Below, piece by piece: positions 39,646-50,817 of a DNA stretch of 64,000 bases. The stretch's first letter is position 1, and each line of letters opens with the position of its first letter. The DNA is from Octopus bimaculoides (Eukaryota). The stretch is from positions 53,754,496 to 53,818,495 of the forward strand of contig NC_068998.1 in the NCBI RefSeq assembly GCF_001194135.2. The letters are read 5' to 3'. The notes under the pieces were generated by a model. The model saw only the letters and a list, made by a program, of their open reading frames with translations, was not told where the DNA came from and ran no database searches. Made by a program: the position numbers and the translations under genes.

Positions 39646-41693
39646 AAACATGTCACGGAACTGTCTCTGGAAAGAGGTTACTCACAGACACACCAAAAGA
39701 TCCTGGGTAGGTGAGTCCCTTCAGCTCTTCAGCTGCTCATATAAGAAACGGTAACTCCTTACAAATCCCGGATCCTGATAGCAACCAGGTTCGTGGCACT
39801 TCTTGCACCAGACCAACACAAGTGTGAAGGACAAAAGTGTAAGACTGACTGCACAAACCAAGCCCATTCTAATGCAATTCAATTGTGCAGCTCGTTCGAC
39901 AAACCAAGACATCAGCATCAACATCCTCACATTTTCTTTGTAATTCCATTGGCAACAGGGAAAGAGGCGACCGATAAAGGTAGCGGATGCTACTGGAAGT
40001 CTTCAACTTTGAATCTGCACGCAGACAGTCACAGGGTGATGCTTGCTTTTACGGCTGAATTCCTGAGCTTTCATTGATCGAAGCAATAAGAGGGTTTCTA
40101 CATCATTCCGAATTGTAGGAATCGTGTTACAACTCCACTTGTTGACATTCGAAAAGATATCCTTAATTTTACTTGAACCGTTCGTGCGTCTAACTTTGTG
40201 TGTGTCTATAACGCATCTATCAATGGAAAATGGACAGAAAAGTTTGGAATATTTTTCGTAGTATTTTAAAATTCATTTCTGTTGTAACTGTTAACTGAAT
40301 AGATTATAGAAAATATGACTTTTAAATTATGCAAATAAAACAAAACAATCGATCCATCATCTGTGAGTAGTTTCTTGGTTTTAGTAAAAATGTTGGCTAA
40401 ACGAATAATAACGATTACAGCACCAACGATTATAAATTCCGTCATATTCAAAGAATAAAATGGAAGAGTGAGAGAGAGGTGAGAGAGAAATCAAGGCAGA
40501 GAGAGTGAACGAAGCATAAAACAAATACTTGCTTCAGGTTGAAAGACTTTCAAACATTTATGATAAATGTCTTTCTTTATATCACAATTAACATGAGACA
40601 ATTTTCACAAAGTCTTCACGACTAAACCGTCAGAGAAAATTGCTTTTTCATTTTAATAATATGGTTTCGTTGCTGGAAGTATAATGAGAAGGATGCTCAT
40701 CCAATCAATATCTAACACATATTTCCAGGCAATTTAACAATAAGAAGTTGTCATAACATTTTGTATAATTAGTGCAAGAAACCAGTAATAAAAGTTTGTG
40801 TCTCGTGGCAACTGTAGAATGTTCGAGAAGAAGCAAGAAAAATATTTGCCGTTCCAGCAAAGAATCAGGACTGCGTGAAGTGATAATGTGTTAGTCTGCG
40901 AGGAATTAGCATAGTTTATTCACTTAATTATCCCCGGTTTTAACATCTGCAAATTATAAACTATCCTTCTAGCTATTGCAATTAACACCTTCCAGTGCTA
41001 AGCATGGCTCTAAAAAGCTGCTAAACATAGTTGATCATTGCTTGAGAATTCTAATTAATCACTTCAAGAATGAAGGTTGCTGCAGTTCAACCACTTGTAT
41101 TTATCTAACTTAACTATAATTGAAAGGGGCAAATTAATGCAGTGTCACAACTGTGACGAGGGCTGTGAAGGAAGTATTATATTATATTCATTATATCTTT
41201 ATTCTGCTGCTACCAGAAGCTGTTTCAATCTATGCCATTTGTCAGAGCATTATGCAGATGCAACGTATCTCTTCATCACTTGATACGAAAATCACAGCTT
41301 CTATTATTTTCTTCGAGAAACTCTATAATCTCAAAAGTGCAAATTAACAAATCACGCAGCTTATTGCTACAATTGCACATTAGCCTTGTTTTCCTCAGAG
41401 ATAGGACGGTGACCTTCCCAGTGTTAGATGGGGTGAAAAACAGGCTGTTTTGCTTTCCTAAATGAATTACATTTCTCTGACGCGCAAAGGTGGACATTAA
41501 TTGCATAACAAGCTGCCTTGGAACGCATAGGACGCATATTGGTTCTTATGAATTGTTCATGTCATAAGCCACCGAACACTTCAGAATCAGGGAGCCTTTA
41601 CGTGGTCGCTCGATTCTGTTAGAAAAATCAGCCAAATACCTACAGTTCATGTAATTTTTATCTTTTACTTGCTCCACTCATTAGAGTGCGGTA

Positions 41694-41926
41694 CAGGGTG
41701 TTCAGAAAGTCTCACAGCAGTGAATTTATTCTATTCTGCTCATCACAATGGTGCTACTTCAAGAGTTTTTCGGTGAACGGATTATTTCGAAGGAACTTTG
41801 GCCACAAAGATCACCTGATTTAACACCGCCAGACTTTTTTTTCTGGGGAGAAAGTAAAGTATCAGTGTACAAGAATCGCCCGAAGCCGTTAAATACTTAC
41901 TGCGGAAAGACTTTTTGAACACATTG
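41694..41926 (+). mobile_element. 233-bp internally deleted Tc1/mariner-superfamily element (MITE-like)
   Basis: TA-flanked imperfect TIRs CAGGGTGTTCAGAAAGTC...GACTTTTTGAACACATTG; internal frame FFGERIISKELWPQRSPDLTPPDFFFWG. Confidence 0.8.
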
Positions 41927-42549
41927 TATATTTGCGATTGCTTTGACTCATTTAAATTATTTTTCTTCTTACAGAAATATAATTATTGATTGATGAAAAT
42001 AATTTTACACATATCAATTCAAATTAGCTGTTGGGTGTGGGGTTAGGTAGCGGATCTTTTGAAAATATTATTTCTGCATTTCCTGTTTATTTGTCGTTGA
42101 TGTTTTCATTTTGAGTTGTTTTTGTTTTTTGTCACATGAAGTTTATGAATCATTTTATTTATTTCCTGTTTCACAATTAATTATCGATTATTGATTTCTA
42201 ATATATTGATTTATACGCTAACACACACACATATATGTGTATCAATGATATGAGTGAGTGAACAAACGAACGGAAATACCAGCCATTACAACACCAAGCA
42301 GAAATTGTGTAGACTGGATATCAGGTTGACTTAGTTCTTCGTGTTACTAAAAGTTTCGTGGACGTGAAAGAGGGCCCATCTCCCCAGACTTTTCGGAGTA
42401 TATATACATAAATACACGCATATATGCATGAAAGTGAGTGGACAAAAAAAAAAAAGATGCACAAATAACATTCATTGAAAGATAGTTATGTATTTAAGAA
42501 ACAAGGACGTATTTACAGTTCTATATTTAAGAGATGAGGAATTATGTAC

Positions 42550-42937
42550 ATTATTTACATTATTTACATTTGACGGATATTTGTCTTGTTTGTTGTTAAT
42601 ACGTTTCGGCTGGTATACTCTCCAGCCTTCATCAGGGGTCTTGGGGAAATTTCGAACCTGGGTTCTCATTCCTAAGATATTTTTCGCTGTTATTATTATT
42701 ATTAGTATTAGTATTAGTATTATTATTATTATTATTGACTTAAACAATAATAACGATGATGATGATAATGACGATGATGATGATGATGATGATGATAACA
42801 ACATCTAAAAATACCTTAGGAATGAGAACGCAGGTTCGAAATTTCTCCAACACACCTGACGAAGATCAGCCAAAACGTTGTGTTAACAACAAACGAGATG
42901 AGGACGAATATCCGTGAAATGTAAATATTGTAAATAA
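42550..42937. repeat. Long inverted repeat (arms about 42550-42685 and 42807-42937) with (ATT)n/(GAT)n spacer; Penelope-type repeat
   Basis: The reverse complement of the right arm aligns with the left arm, e.g. gaaatttcgaacctg-gttctcattcctaag and tttacattt-acggatatt. Confidence 0.85.
42598..42640 (-). ncRNA. Minimal type-I hammerhead ribozyme-like motif (stem I degenerate)
   Basis: CUGAUGA-A-GGCUGG-agaguaua-CCAGCC-GAAA-CGU-A: intact core, 6-bp stem II, palindromic ACGU stem III. Confidence 0.65.
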
Positions 42938-42969
42938 AGGAGGTATATGTTGTTGAGATAGATTTTTAG

Positions 42970-43173
42970 AACCTACGTTTAAACCAATGGGGTGGTGGTA
43001 TCTTTGAATTTATTGATTTGCTCAGGAAAGAAGATGACAGTCCTACGCGTGGCCTTGGTACTCCCTGTGAAATTTCCACAATCGATGCCGGAGATATAGC
43101 ACTTGGATTGTGCGATGGATGCCAATGGGTTGAACAGGAAGATATATGCGGGAAGAGAATTGAATCGAGACTA
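42970..43173 (+). CDS. Candidate exon of an unidentified gene (NLRLNQWGGGIFEFIDLLRKEDDSPTRGLGTPCEISTIDAGDIALGLCDGCQWVEQEDICGKRIESRL)
   Basis: atttttag| acceptor, CTA|gtaatt donor, 204 nt, phase 0-0, 68 open codons with non-repetitive composition. Confidence 0.3.
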
Positions 43174-43302
43174 GTAATTGACCGACGTTTCAATTGATCG
43201 ACGCAGAAATGAGGAACTTGAAGTTATAAAGGAACCGGGACCGAAACCAGACACTACGTGACTCGAACTCTTCCTGCAATCCAAAGCTCTTGATAAAGTT
43301 TG

Positions 43303-43527
43303 GTTTCAAATTTGGCACAATGCCAGCATTTTCGGGGATTGAGGAGGGGACGGATGCGATGTCGATAACATCAACCCCAGCGTTTCACTAGTACTTAATT
43401 TATCGACCCGGAAAGGACGAAAGACAGAGTCGATCTCGGCAGGATTTGAACTCGGAATATAAACACGGACGAAATGCTGCTAAGCGTTTTGTCCGGCGTG
43501 CTAAAGATTCTACCAGCAGGCCGCCTT
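43303..43527 (-). mobile_element. SINE family A
   Basis: Reverse complement aligns with 36600-36815. Further copies at 9080-9220, 47440-47570, 50005-50110 and 55918-56130 (+), and 11590-11765, 44025-44110, 45765-45955 and 52990-53100 (-). Confidence 0.8.
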
Positions 43528-44180
43528 AACGTTTGTGAGATCTGTTGCGAAATAGAACTCAAGTTGTTAATATATTGAAACTGATGAAGTTTCTTGTTAG
43601 GACTGAACCCAGGCCCTTTGACTTGCGGCCGAATATACATCCTTTATTCAACTGGAATTTCTAACATTAAACTTCTTCGTTGAAACATGAATTCTGTTTT
43701 CATGACAACATCGTCGTCGTCATCACATCATCTCCATCATCATCGTCGTCGTCAATAATGCCATCATTATCATCATGAAAGCCATATTTTATGCTCTGTC
43801 GCATTCTTTTGCTGCAATTGCCTTGCAGAAAAGAGATATTGTAATTGCCGACTTTCTACTTACATAACATTATATTGTAATCTACCGAATTCTAAGAGAG
43901 AGAGAGAGAGAAGAAACACAGAGAGTGGCAAAGAGAGAAAGTTAAAAAGAAGAAGTTGAAGGTTATCGAGGAAGAATCAGCTCTGTAGTTCAATGGTTCT
44001 TTCTTTTACTTAAAAAATAAATTTGGCGTCGGCAAGACTTGAACTCAGAACGAGTAGAACCCGAATAAATTTTACAAGGAATATAGCCGAAGGTCTAGCG
44101 ATTCTGCCAATCGATTGGTCACATGACCCCTTCTCTTTCGCTCTCTCCTCCTCTCTTCTTCTCTCTCTCTCACACGCGCG

Positions 44181-44220
<40 letters not shown>

Positions 44221-44512
44221 NNNNNNNNNNNNNNNNNNNNNNNNNNNNNNNNNNNNNNNNNNNNNNNNNNNNNNNNNNNNNNNNNNNNNNNNNNNNNNNN
44301 NNNNNNNNNNNNNNNNNNNNNNNNNNNNNNNNNNNNNNNNNNNNNNNNNNNNNNNNNNNNNNNNNNNNNNNNNNNNNNNNNNNNNNNNNNNNNNNNNNNN
44401 NNNNNNNNNNNNNNNNNNNNNNNNNNNNNNNNNNNNNNNNNNNNNNNNNNNNNNNNNNNNNNNGAGACAGAAACAGAGAGAGCGACAGACAGAAGAAAGA
44501 AAGAAAGAAAAA

Positions 44513-44572
<60 letters not shown>

Positions 44573-45964
44573 GGAAGAGAGAGATAAAGAAAGAGAGACA
44601 CAGAAGGATAGATAATATATACATTTCACATTTAGTATATAAAAGATATATATAAATATATATAGTATACATATAAATAATACATATATATAATATTATA
44701 TATATATAAATAATACATATATATTATACATATAAATATAATACGTGTGTGTGTGTGTGTGTAATTATTTTTTCATATAGTGTATTCATGGCTCAGCTAA
44801 TTAATTAGAGTAAAGCAAACAATTAGAATCTGGTGATCCGATGATGAAAACGGAAAGAGATTCCAGGAAATAATAGCATATTGTACACATAACTAAAAAC
44901 GGGCCTGGTTTAATCCTGTTTGACCTGAGAGCGAGTGTAAAGCGGATTAATATTAATATCACGCTTAGGCTGTTGATCTCTAAATATGTTTGGTCTTTAG
45001 CTTGGGATATAAAACTTCACAGCTTGGTTAAGCATGCTTAACAATAGAATTTATCGTTTGATTCATGTACGTCAAATGATAAAACATTGGTCAATAATAT
45101 CAGGATTGCCTTTAACACCAGTTAACCATCATGGTTCGAGAATAGAAATTTTATGATGGAATATGGAAGAAAATATTGCATGTACAAGCTGTTATTTGTC
45201 TCGAAATTTTACTTCCGAACGGCTGGGAAGTAATTTGAAATGTAAACAAAATTATTTTGATGTGCAGATGCGGTAGGCATACAGTTAAAACAAAACAGTT
45301 GATCGAAATTCTATATATCGAAAAGCGTTGGCCAAAAAACAAATGATCGAAGTAACCCTTACTCGAATCAACAATTAATACAATTACAGAAAACGCTAAA
45401 AAGAAAATACCTTCTCAAAAAGGTTATAATGCCACAATTCTTAAAAATAACTTTTTCTTAAATTATGTAAAGTGATGTCGTTTTTACATAAGCGCTCGTG
45501 TTTATGTTTACCGTCGAAGTAAGCCAATACCTTAAAGATTACACCACGTATGTTTTCAGGTGCCCATAACTTGATTCAATAAAGTTATTTTTATTTAATT
45601 GTATTAAGTCGATATTGATATTTTGGATATTGATTCAATTTCCGTAGAACGTAGAACCATCTATGATCGTGGTTATAAAGGGACATTAACATAATCTACA
45701 GCAATTCTTAGGCAACAAATAGAAACATCAAACGTACACACAGTTAATGGTCCTTCCAAATATAGACACAGGAACAGAAATTTGAGGGGAGGGGTAAGTT
45801 GATTACATCGATCCCAGTGCTCAGCTGGTACTTATTTTATCGACTCCAAAAGGATGAAAGGCAATTGGTGGAATTTGAACTCAGAACATAAAGACGGACG
45901 AAATTCTGCTAAGCATTTTGTCCGACGTGCTTATGGTTCTGCCATCTATCGCCCCATGAAGAGG

Positions 45965-46062
45965 AGGAAGAAGAAGAAGAAGAAGAAGAAGAAGAAGAAG
46001 AAGAAGAAGAAGAAGAAGAAGAAGAAGAAGAAGAAGAAGAAGAAGAAGAAGAAGAAGAAGAA
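45965..46062. repeat. (GAA)n microsatellite
   Basis: Visible directly; source of the poly-K ORF. Confidence 0.9.
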
Positions 46063-46088
46063 ACTAATGGAACATTGTGTTGTTTCCT

Positions 46089-46094
46089 TTTATT
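46089..46094 (-). terminator. Candidate polyadenylation signal AATAAA of the C22orf15-like gene
   Basis: tttatt on the + strand, about 200 nt downstream of the stop codon. Confidence 0.4.
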
Positions 46095-46289
46095 TCGCCC
46101 TGTTTTTCGTATTTCAAATATTTACTATAATTCGCTTAATTGGTCGATTCGAGCTACTGTTCCATCAATCGACTGATTTTTTTTTTAAGTAACTGTTTTC
46201 GATCATTTGCAGTTCGATCAAGTGTTTTCGATAAACTGACACCGCACTTCTTTCGGTTAGAGACCTTCATCTTCAAAAGATCCCATCTG

Positions 46290-46414
46290 CTAACGTTGAT
46301 TTATGTTTGGTGACGGACTTGATTTCAATTTGCTATTCTTGCCAGACTTTCTTGATTTCCCGCTTACACTTCTTGCTGGTGATTTCGAACTTCCTGACAA
46401 TCCTTCCAGTTTGT
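46290..46414 (-). CDS. C22orf15: C22orf15/CXorf65-family protein, terminal exon 5 (NKLEGLSGSSKSPARSVSGKSRKSGKNSKLKSSPSPNINQR*)
   Basis: Acceptor tgttgtttttcag|AC, TAG at 46290-46292. Total CDS 37+87+117+69+125=435 nt = 144 aa plus stop. Basic Ser/Lys-rich tail as in the human protein. Confidence 0.85.
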
Positions 46415-47700
46415 CTGAAAAACAACATCTTTTCGTCGTATTATTGATCAGGATAAAAGTAAAAAAATAGAAATACCTATTAGAGTTAAATTTCTTTGTT
46501 GCCATTTGTAATAGCATGGCTCATGCTTTGAACTTTGGCTGATAGGACTCAAAGGTGAAATACTGAAGATATAAATTCGATAGCAATGTTAATGTAGACA
46601 AACACGAGGCTAAAGGCCATTTTTCTATTCTCTAGTTCTCATTTGTAAAGACTAGAATCGTAATATTAAATGAAAATGATTGAATAGCATATCGGCTGGA
46701 TGGTTAATGTCAGCATGATGCGTAGAGCACAGAAATGCTCTCATGTGTAAAAAGTGTCTGTCTTGCAGAATGGAAATAATGGTGTCATGAATTTTGGCAG
46801 CGGTAAGTTTAAGATTCTTGCTCTAGAGTGTTGCTATCGAAATCAAACGGCAGTTGAAAGTATAAAGGTTTCTAGAATCGTGCAACGTAACAACTATTAT
46901 CTAATCCAGGTTGACGTTGATCGAACAAACATCGTGTGTTCTTAGAAGTAAACACTGTGTTATCAAATGTCACATTATCGTTTGCTTCTTAAGACTCTAG
47001 AATGTTGTTTGATGGAGATCGGGCTGCTCTTTCTAATGGATATAACGATTACAAACAGCATTTGTGATGATTTTATAGAAATGAGATACAATCTGAAGGC
47101 TATTGTTATCAAACTAACTGCGTTTGTGTATTTATAAAGTTATACACAAAATGTGTTTGAAAAGGAGTTAAATTCCTGTTATTACATGGCAAATCTGTTT
47201 TGTCGACAACGCTATGCTTCTTCGGAGCCTCTGCAGAGGAAAGATTTGCTCTATGAAACCGAGACGTGAACACTGGAGAGAGAGTTTCGCGATGGTAAGT
47301 ATAACAGGTTTCTCAAGATGGTTAAAAGCATCTTATGATGGTTCAAAGCATATGACCAATGAAGGAAATTACGGACACATTCTGACCACCACAAATTTTA
47401 CTGAGTCCTGCTATCGAACTGAGCACCAGGCCGAATGAGATTTTAATATTTTGGAGACTTTGTCACGGTCGACATAGCCTTTCATCCTTTTGGGGTCGAT
47501 TAACTAAATACCAGTAGAAAACTGAGAGTCGGTGTAATCCGACTTAGACCCCCACCCCTACCCGCCTGTGCTTTAAATGACATTTGACTCTTATTTGTAG
47601 CATATTGGACGACCACACAGAGGCTCCCCGAGTAACAAAATTCTGCAGCTGCACATATGTGTGGGTGGGTGAGTGTGGGTGTGTTTCCACCTGCTGCATA

Positions 47701-47875
47701 ACTGGTGTTCCTTCGTTATCGTCCCCCTAACTTAGCAATTCAGTAAAAGAGACCGTTAGAATTAGTAGCAGTGTTTTAAAAATTAAATACTGGGGTCGAT
47801 TTGTTCGACTAAAACACGTCAAGGCAGTGCCCCAGCTTGGCCGTGGTCCAATAATTAGAGCAAATAAAAGATAAA
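47701..47875 (+). mobile_element. SINE family C portion, inverted relative to the copy at 48465-48665
   Basis: Reverse complement aligns with 48465-48665 (ctggggcac, ctact-attctaacggt, ggggacg). Confidence 0.7.
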
Positions 47876-48464
47876 GGAATAATATAGCAGAATACGATCT
47901 CGCAACCACGTGGCCGACACTCCGGCTCTTGTTTATCAACTGAGAAAATCTAAATTAAAGTTGAACATCTTTTGCAAGCAATCACCATTTCCGGGAACGG
48001 CTTTCATCTTTTCTCTTTTCTTTCTTCTTATCTTTGAAGAGAAGAATTACGTCTAACTTTTGATAAGTTCAGTCAATATTTCACCAACGAACATAAAAGA
48101 GCGAAGATATCCAGTATAGTTTTGCAACCCACTTTTTGGTTTTTAATCAAATCTAATTCATTCCACGTACGAAACTAATTCCCCAGAGAAAGGAACAACA
48201 CAGCATTCAATCCTCGTTATGTATTTGTGGCCTTAGTCTAAGTAAAATACTATTAATGTAGCAGCTGTAGAGCGATGGAAATAACTTATTTTTAAATGGA
48301 TTCGGTTGTTCAGCTCTGATTCCATTATTTTTTTCAAACTGCTTCGCTTATTGTATTAATGCAACTAAACGCGATTTGAAGAGCAGAGCTTTTCCATTTG
48401 CGTCCAATTCTAACAAAGATATAAAACACTGCTTCAGTCAGGTAAATATATATATTTTTTAAAT

Positions 48465-48838
48465 CTTTTACTTGTTTTCACTCATTAGACTACGCCCATG
48501 CTGGGGCACCGTCGAAAAGAATTTTTGGTTGAATGAATCGCTTCCACTACTTTTTAAAAATATTTTTAAGCATGCTACTTATTCTAACGGTTCCTTATGC
48601 CGAACCGCTAAATCACGGGGACGTAAACACACCAACACCGGTTGTCAAGCAGTAGTGAGGGCAACCACATACACGACGGTCTTCTTTCAGTTTCTATCTA
48701 CCAAATCTACTGACAAGGCTTTGGTCAGCCCGAGGTTGTAGTAGTAGACTCTTGCTCCAGAAGGCACAAAGTAGGACTGAACCAGGAACCCTGTGGTTGG
48801 TAAGCAAGCTTCTTATCACACAGCCACGCCTGCGCCTA
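48465..48838 (-). mobile_element. Full-length composite B/C SINE in intron 4 of the C22orf15-like gene
   Basis: B head 48838->48670, short spacer, C tail 48665->48465 ending in a tcttttacttg repeat. Confidence 0.8.
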
Positions 48839-49102
48839 TATTTGTTCATATGTCTTAAATGCTTCACAGGATTTCTGTTTTTAGCTACGGCCATGCTAGA
48901 GCATCGCCACCAAGATCTTTTTGGTACGATCGTACTTATCCCAGTATTGATCATTGTACTCGATTTATCGATCTGTGTTCCTCATATACATTGGAATTTA
49001 ATACTTTAAGTGATGTCGTTTGAGAGAGTGATTGAGTAAAGAGAGTATTTCAAAAATAAATAAATGACAAAATGATTCCACAAGTGGGAAGGAAATACCT
49101 AC

Positions 49103-49171
49103 TGTAAAGTTCAGGGTGGATTTTCTCTAGATTTTCCAATAATGAAATATATTTGATATTCCCATTGTCAC
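49103..49171 (-). CDS. C22orf15: C22orf15/CXorf65-family protein, exon 4 (RDNGNIKYISLLENLEKIHPELY)
   Basis: Acceptor cctatttcag|GT, donor TACA|gtaggt, 69 nt, phase 1-1. Y-x-SLLENL-x3-HPEL matches recalled human YESLLENLDDHYPEL. Confidence 0.9.
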
Positions 49172-50361
49172 CTGAAATAGGTAAATTATACCACTCGTTG
49201 CTACGTCTATACAACTGTTTAATATATCTTGAGAAATAAATAACAATAAATACCAAAAGTAATTGATATGGAAAATGACTGATCCAAATTATTATCGTTG
49301 AAGTTAGTCTACATTAAATTTGATTATGCATGAATGATGTCTTCTAGACATTTGTTAATTGGACTACAAATTATTTTAGTTTCTTCCTTATAACAAAAAA
49401 AAATTGTCATAATTAAAAGTAAAATAAATATTTTTTTTTTTTAAAGAATAACTGTCTTGTTTAACTTTTTACATACATTTTATTCATGCTAGGATGATTG
49501 CAATATTTCTCGGAAATTTAGGCATGATTTTAGTGTTAAAGTTCTATCTCTGTGTATTGTTTTGTTTAACACAAGGTCAGACATGATCGATCACACAAAT
49601 AAACAAAAGTACTCCACTGATGATCTCTCTCTCTCTCTCTCTCTCTCTTGCTTTGGGACAATAAGACAGCGAATGCTTTAGGACTGACTATATGACACTG
49701 TTATTCTTGGCAGTTTGCAGGATGGTGCTGCAGAGACGATCTGTTATTGATTTGTTCTTTGAGAATTTTTCTTTCAGCCTCTCCATCAATTCCTATGTGA
49801 ATCTTTTACCTTTAGTGTTCGACTTCTTTCAGTCATTGGACTACGGCCATGCTGCCGCACTGGTACTATTTTATCGACCCAGAAAGATAAAAGGCAAATT
49901 TGATCTCCGCAGGAAGTGAACAAGGGCAAAGAGAGAACCAATACCACAATGTCTTCTATCCAACTCTCTACTGACTCAGGTAACCCACTGTCGATATAAG
50001 CAAATGAAGGCGGCGGTGAGATGGCAGAGTCGTCAGCACACCGGGAAAATAGCCGCATTTAAATTCCACTCAGGTCGACTTTGCCTTTCATCATTTTCTC
50101 GGAGGCGATAAAATAGCCTTGTGTCTGAAATCGAAATGCACAAGTGAAATAATACACTTCGCTTGAGTGTTCAACACAGTTGCTAGTCCGCTGTAAGAAT
50201 GGCTGAACTCCTGATTATGTGGTCAGCTGGTCAGGCTATTAAGGTTCCAGTAATCATAGCTCAGAGAAATAACTAGCTGTAGAATATAAACTACAGACAC
50301 ATGCACTGTCTCCCAACGAAAGCCAATCATTATACAAGCTATGCATAAAGATTTATCTTAC

Positions 50362-50478
50362 GTTCCACAGATAGAAGAACGTAGGTTTCGCCCACGTTAA
50401 TAACTTCATTTGCATACCATCGCTGAGAAGAAGACAAGTTTAATATGTTTCCAGAAAAATCCATCAGATCGATTTCAA
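50362..50478 (-). CDS. C22orf15: C22orf15/CXorf65-family protein, exon 3 (LEIDLMDFSGNILNLSSSQRWYANEVINVGETYVLLSVE)
   Basis: Acceptor ttctctctctttccag|TT, donor AAC|gtaaga, 117 nt, phase 1-1. ETYVLL corresponds to recalled human AIYVLV. Confidence 0.9.
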
Positions 50479-50774
50479 CTGGAAAGAGAGAGAATAAAAT
50501 ATCCTTCGATGAGTGTCAGGATGACAGAAAAAAAGAAAAGAATCACTAAAATGTTGATATGTGAAGTGCGTTTGATATGAAAATTAGACATAATGAGATG
50601 ATGAAATGCTGCATGTTATAGATAGGAACTAGAAAAAAATGGTCGGCACAAGATTGTTAACAGAAGATCTCGTCAATTTATAGAAGTAAACTGTACACAA
50701 ATATGAAGATAATTTTAGGCAATATATTATAGATATACATATATGTATGCCTGCCTGTGCAAGTATATATGGTC

Positions 50775-50817
<43 letters not shown>

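Noticed and set aside
39721-40077. Overlapping ORFs with a TM-like or Cys-rich look
   Set aside because: Both strands are partly open, with no consistent splice structure or family motif.
43581-43612. CUGAUGA followed by a weak hairpin
   Set aside because: It lacks GAAA and stem III, so it is not a hammerhead.
49050-50430. Initial reading of exons 3-5 as an EF-hand or netrin/NTR domain
   Set aside because: Superseded once the full five-exon chain matched C22orf15/CXorf65 motifs.
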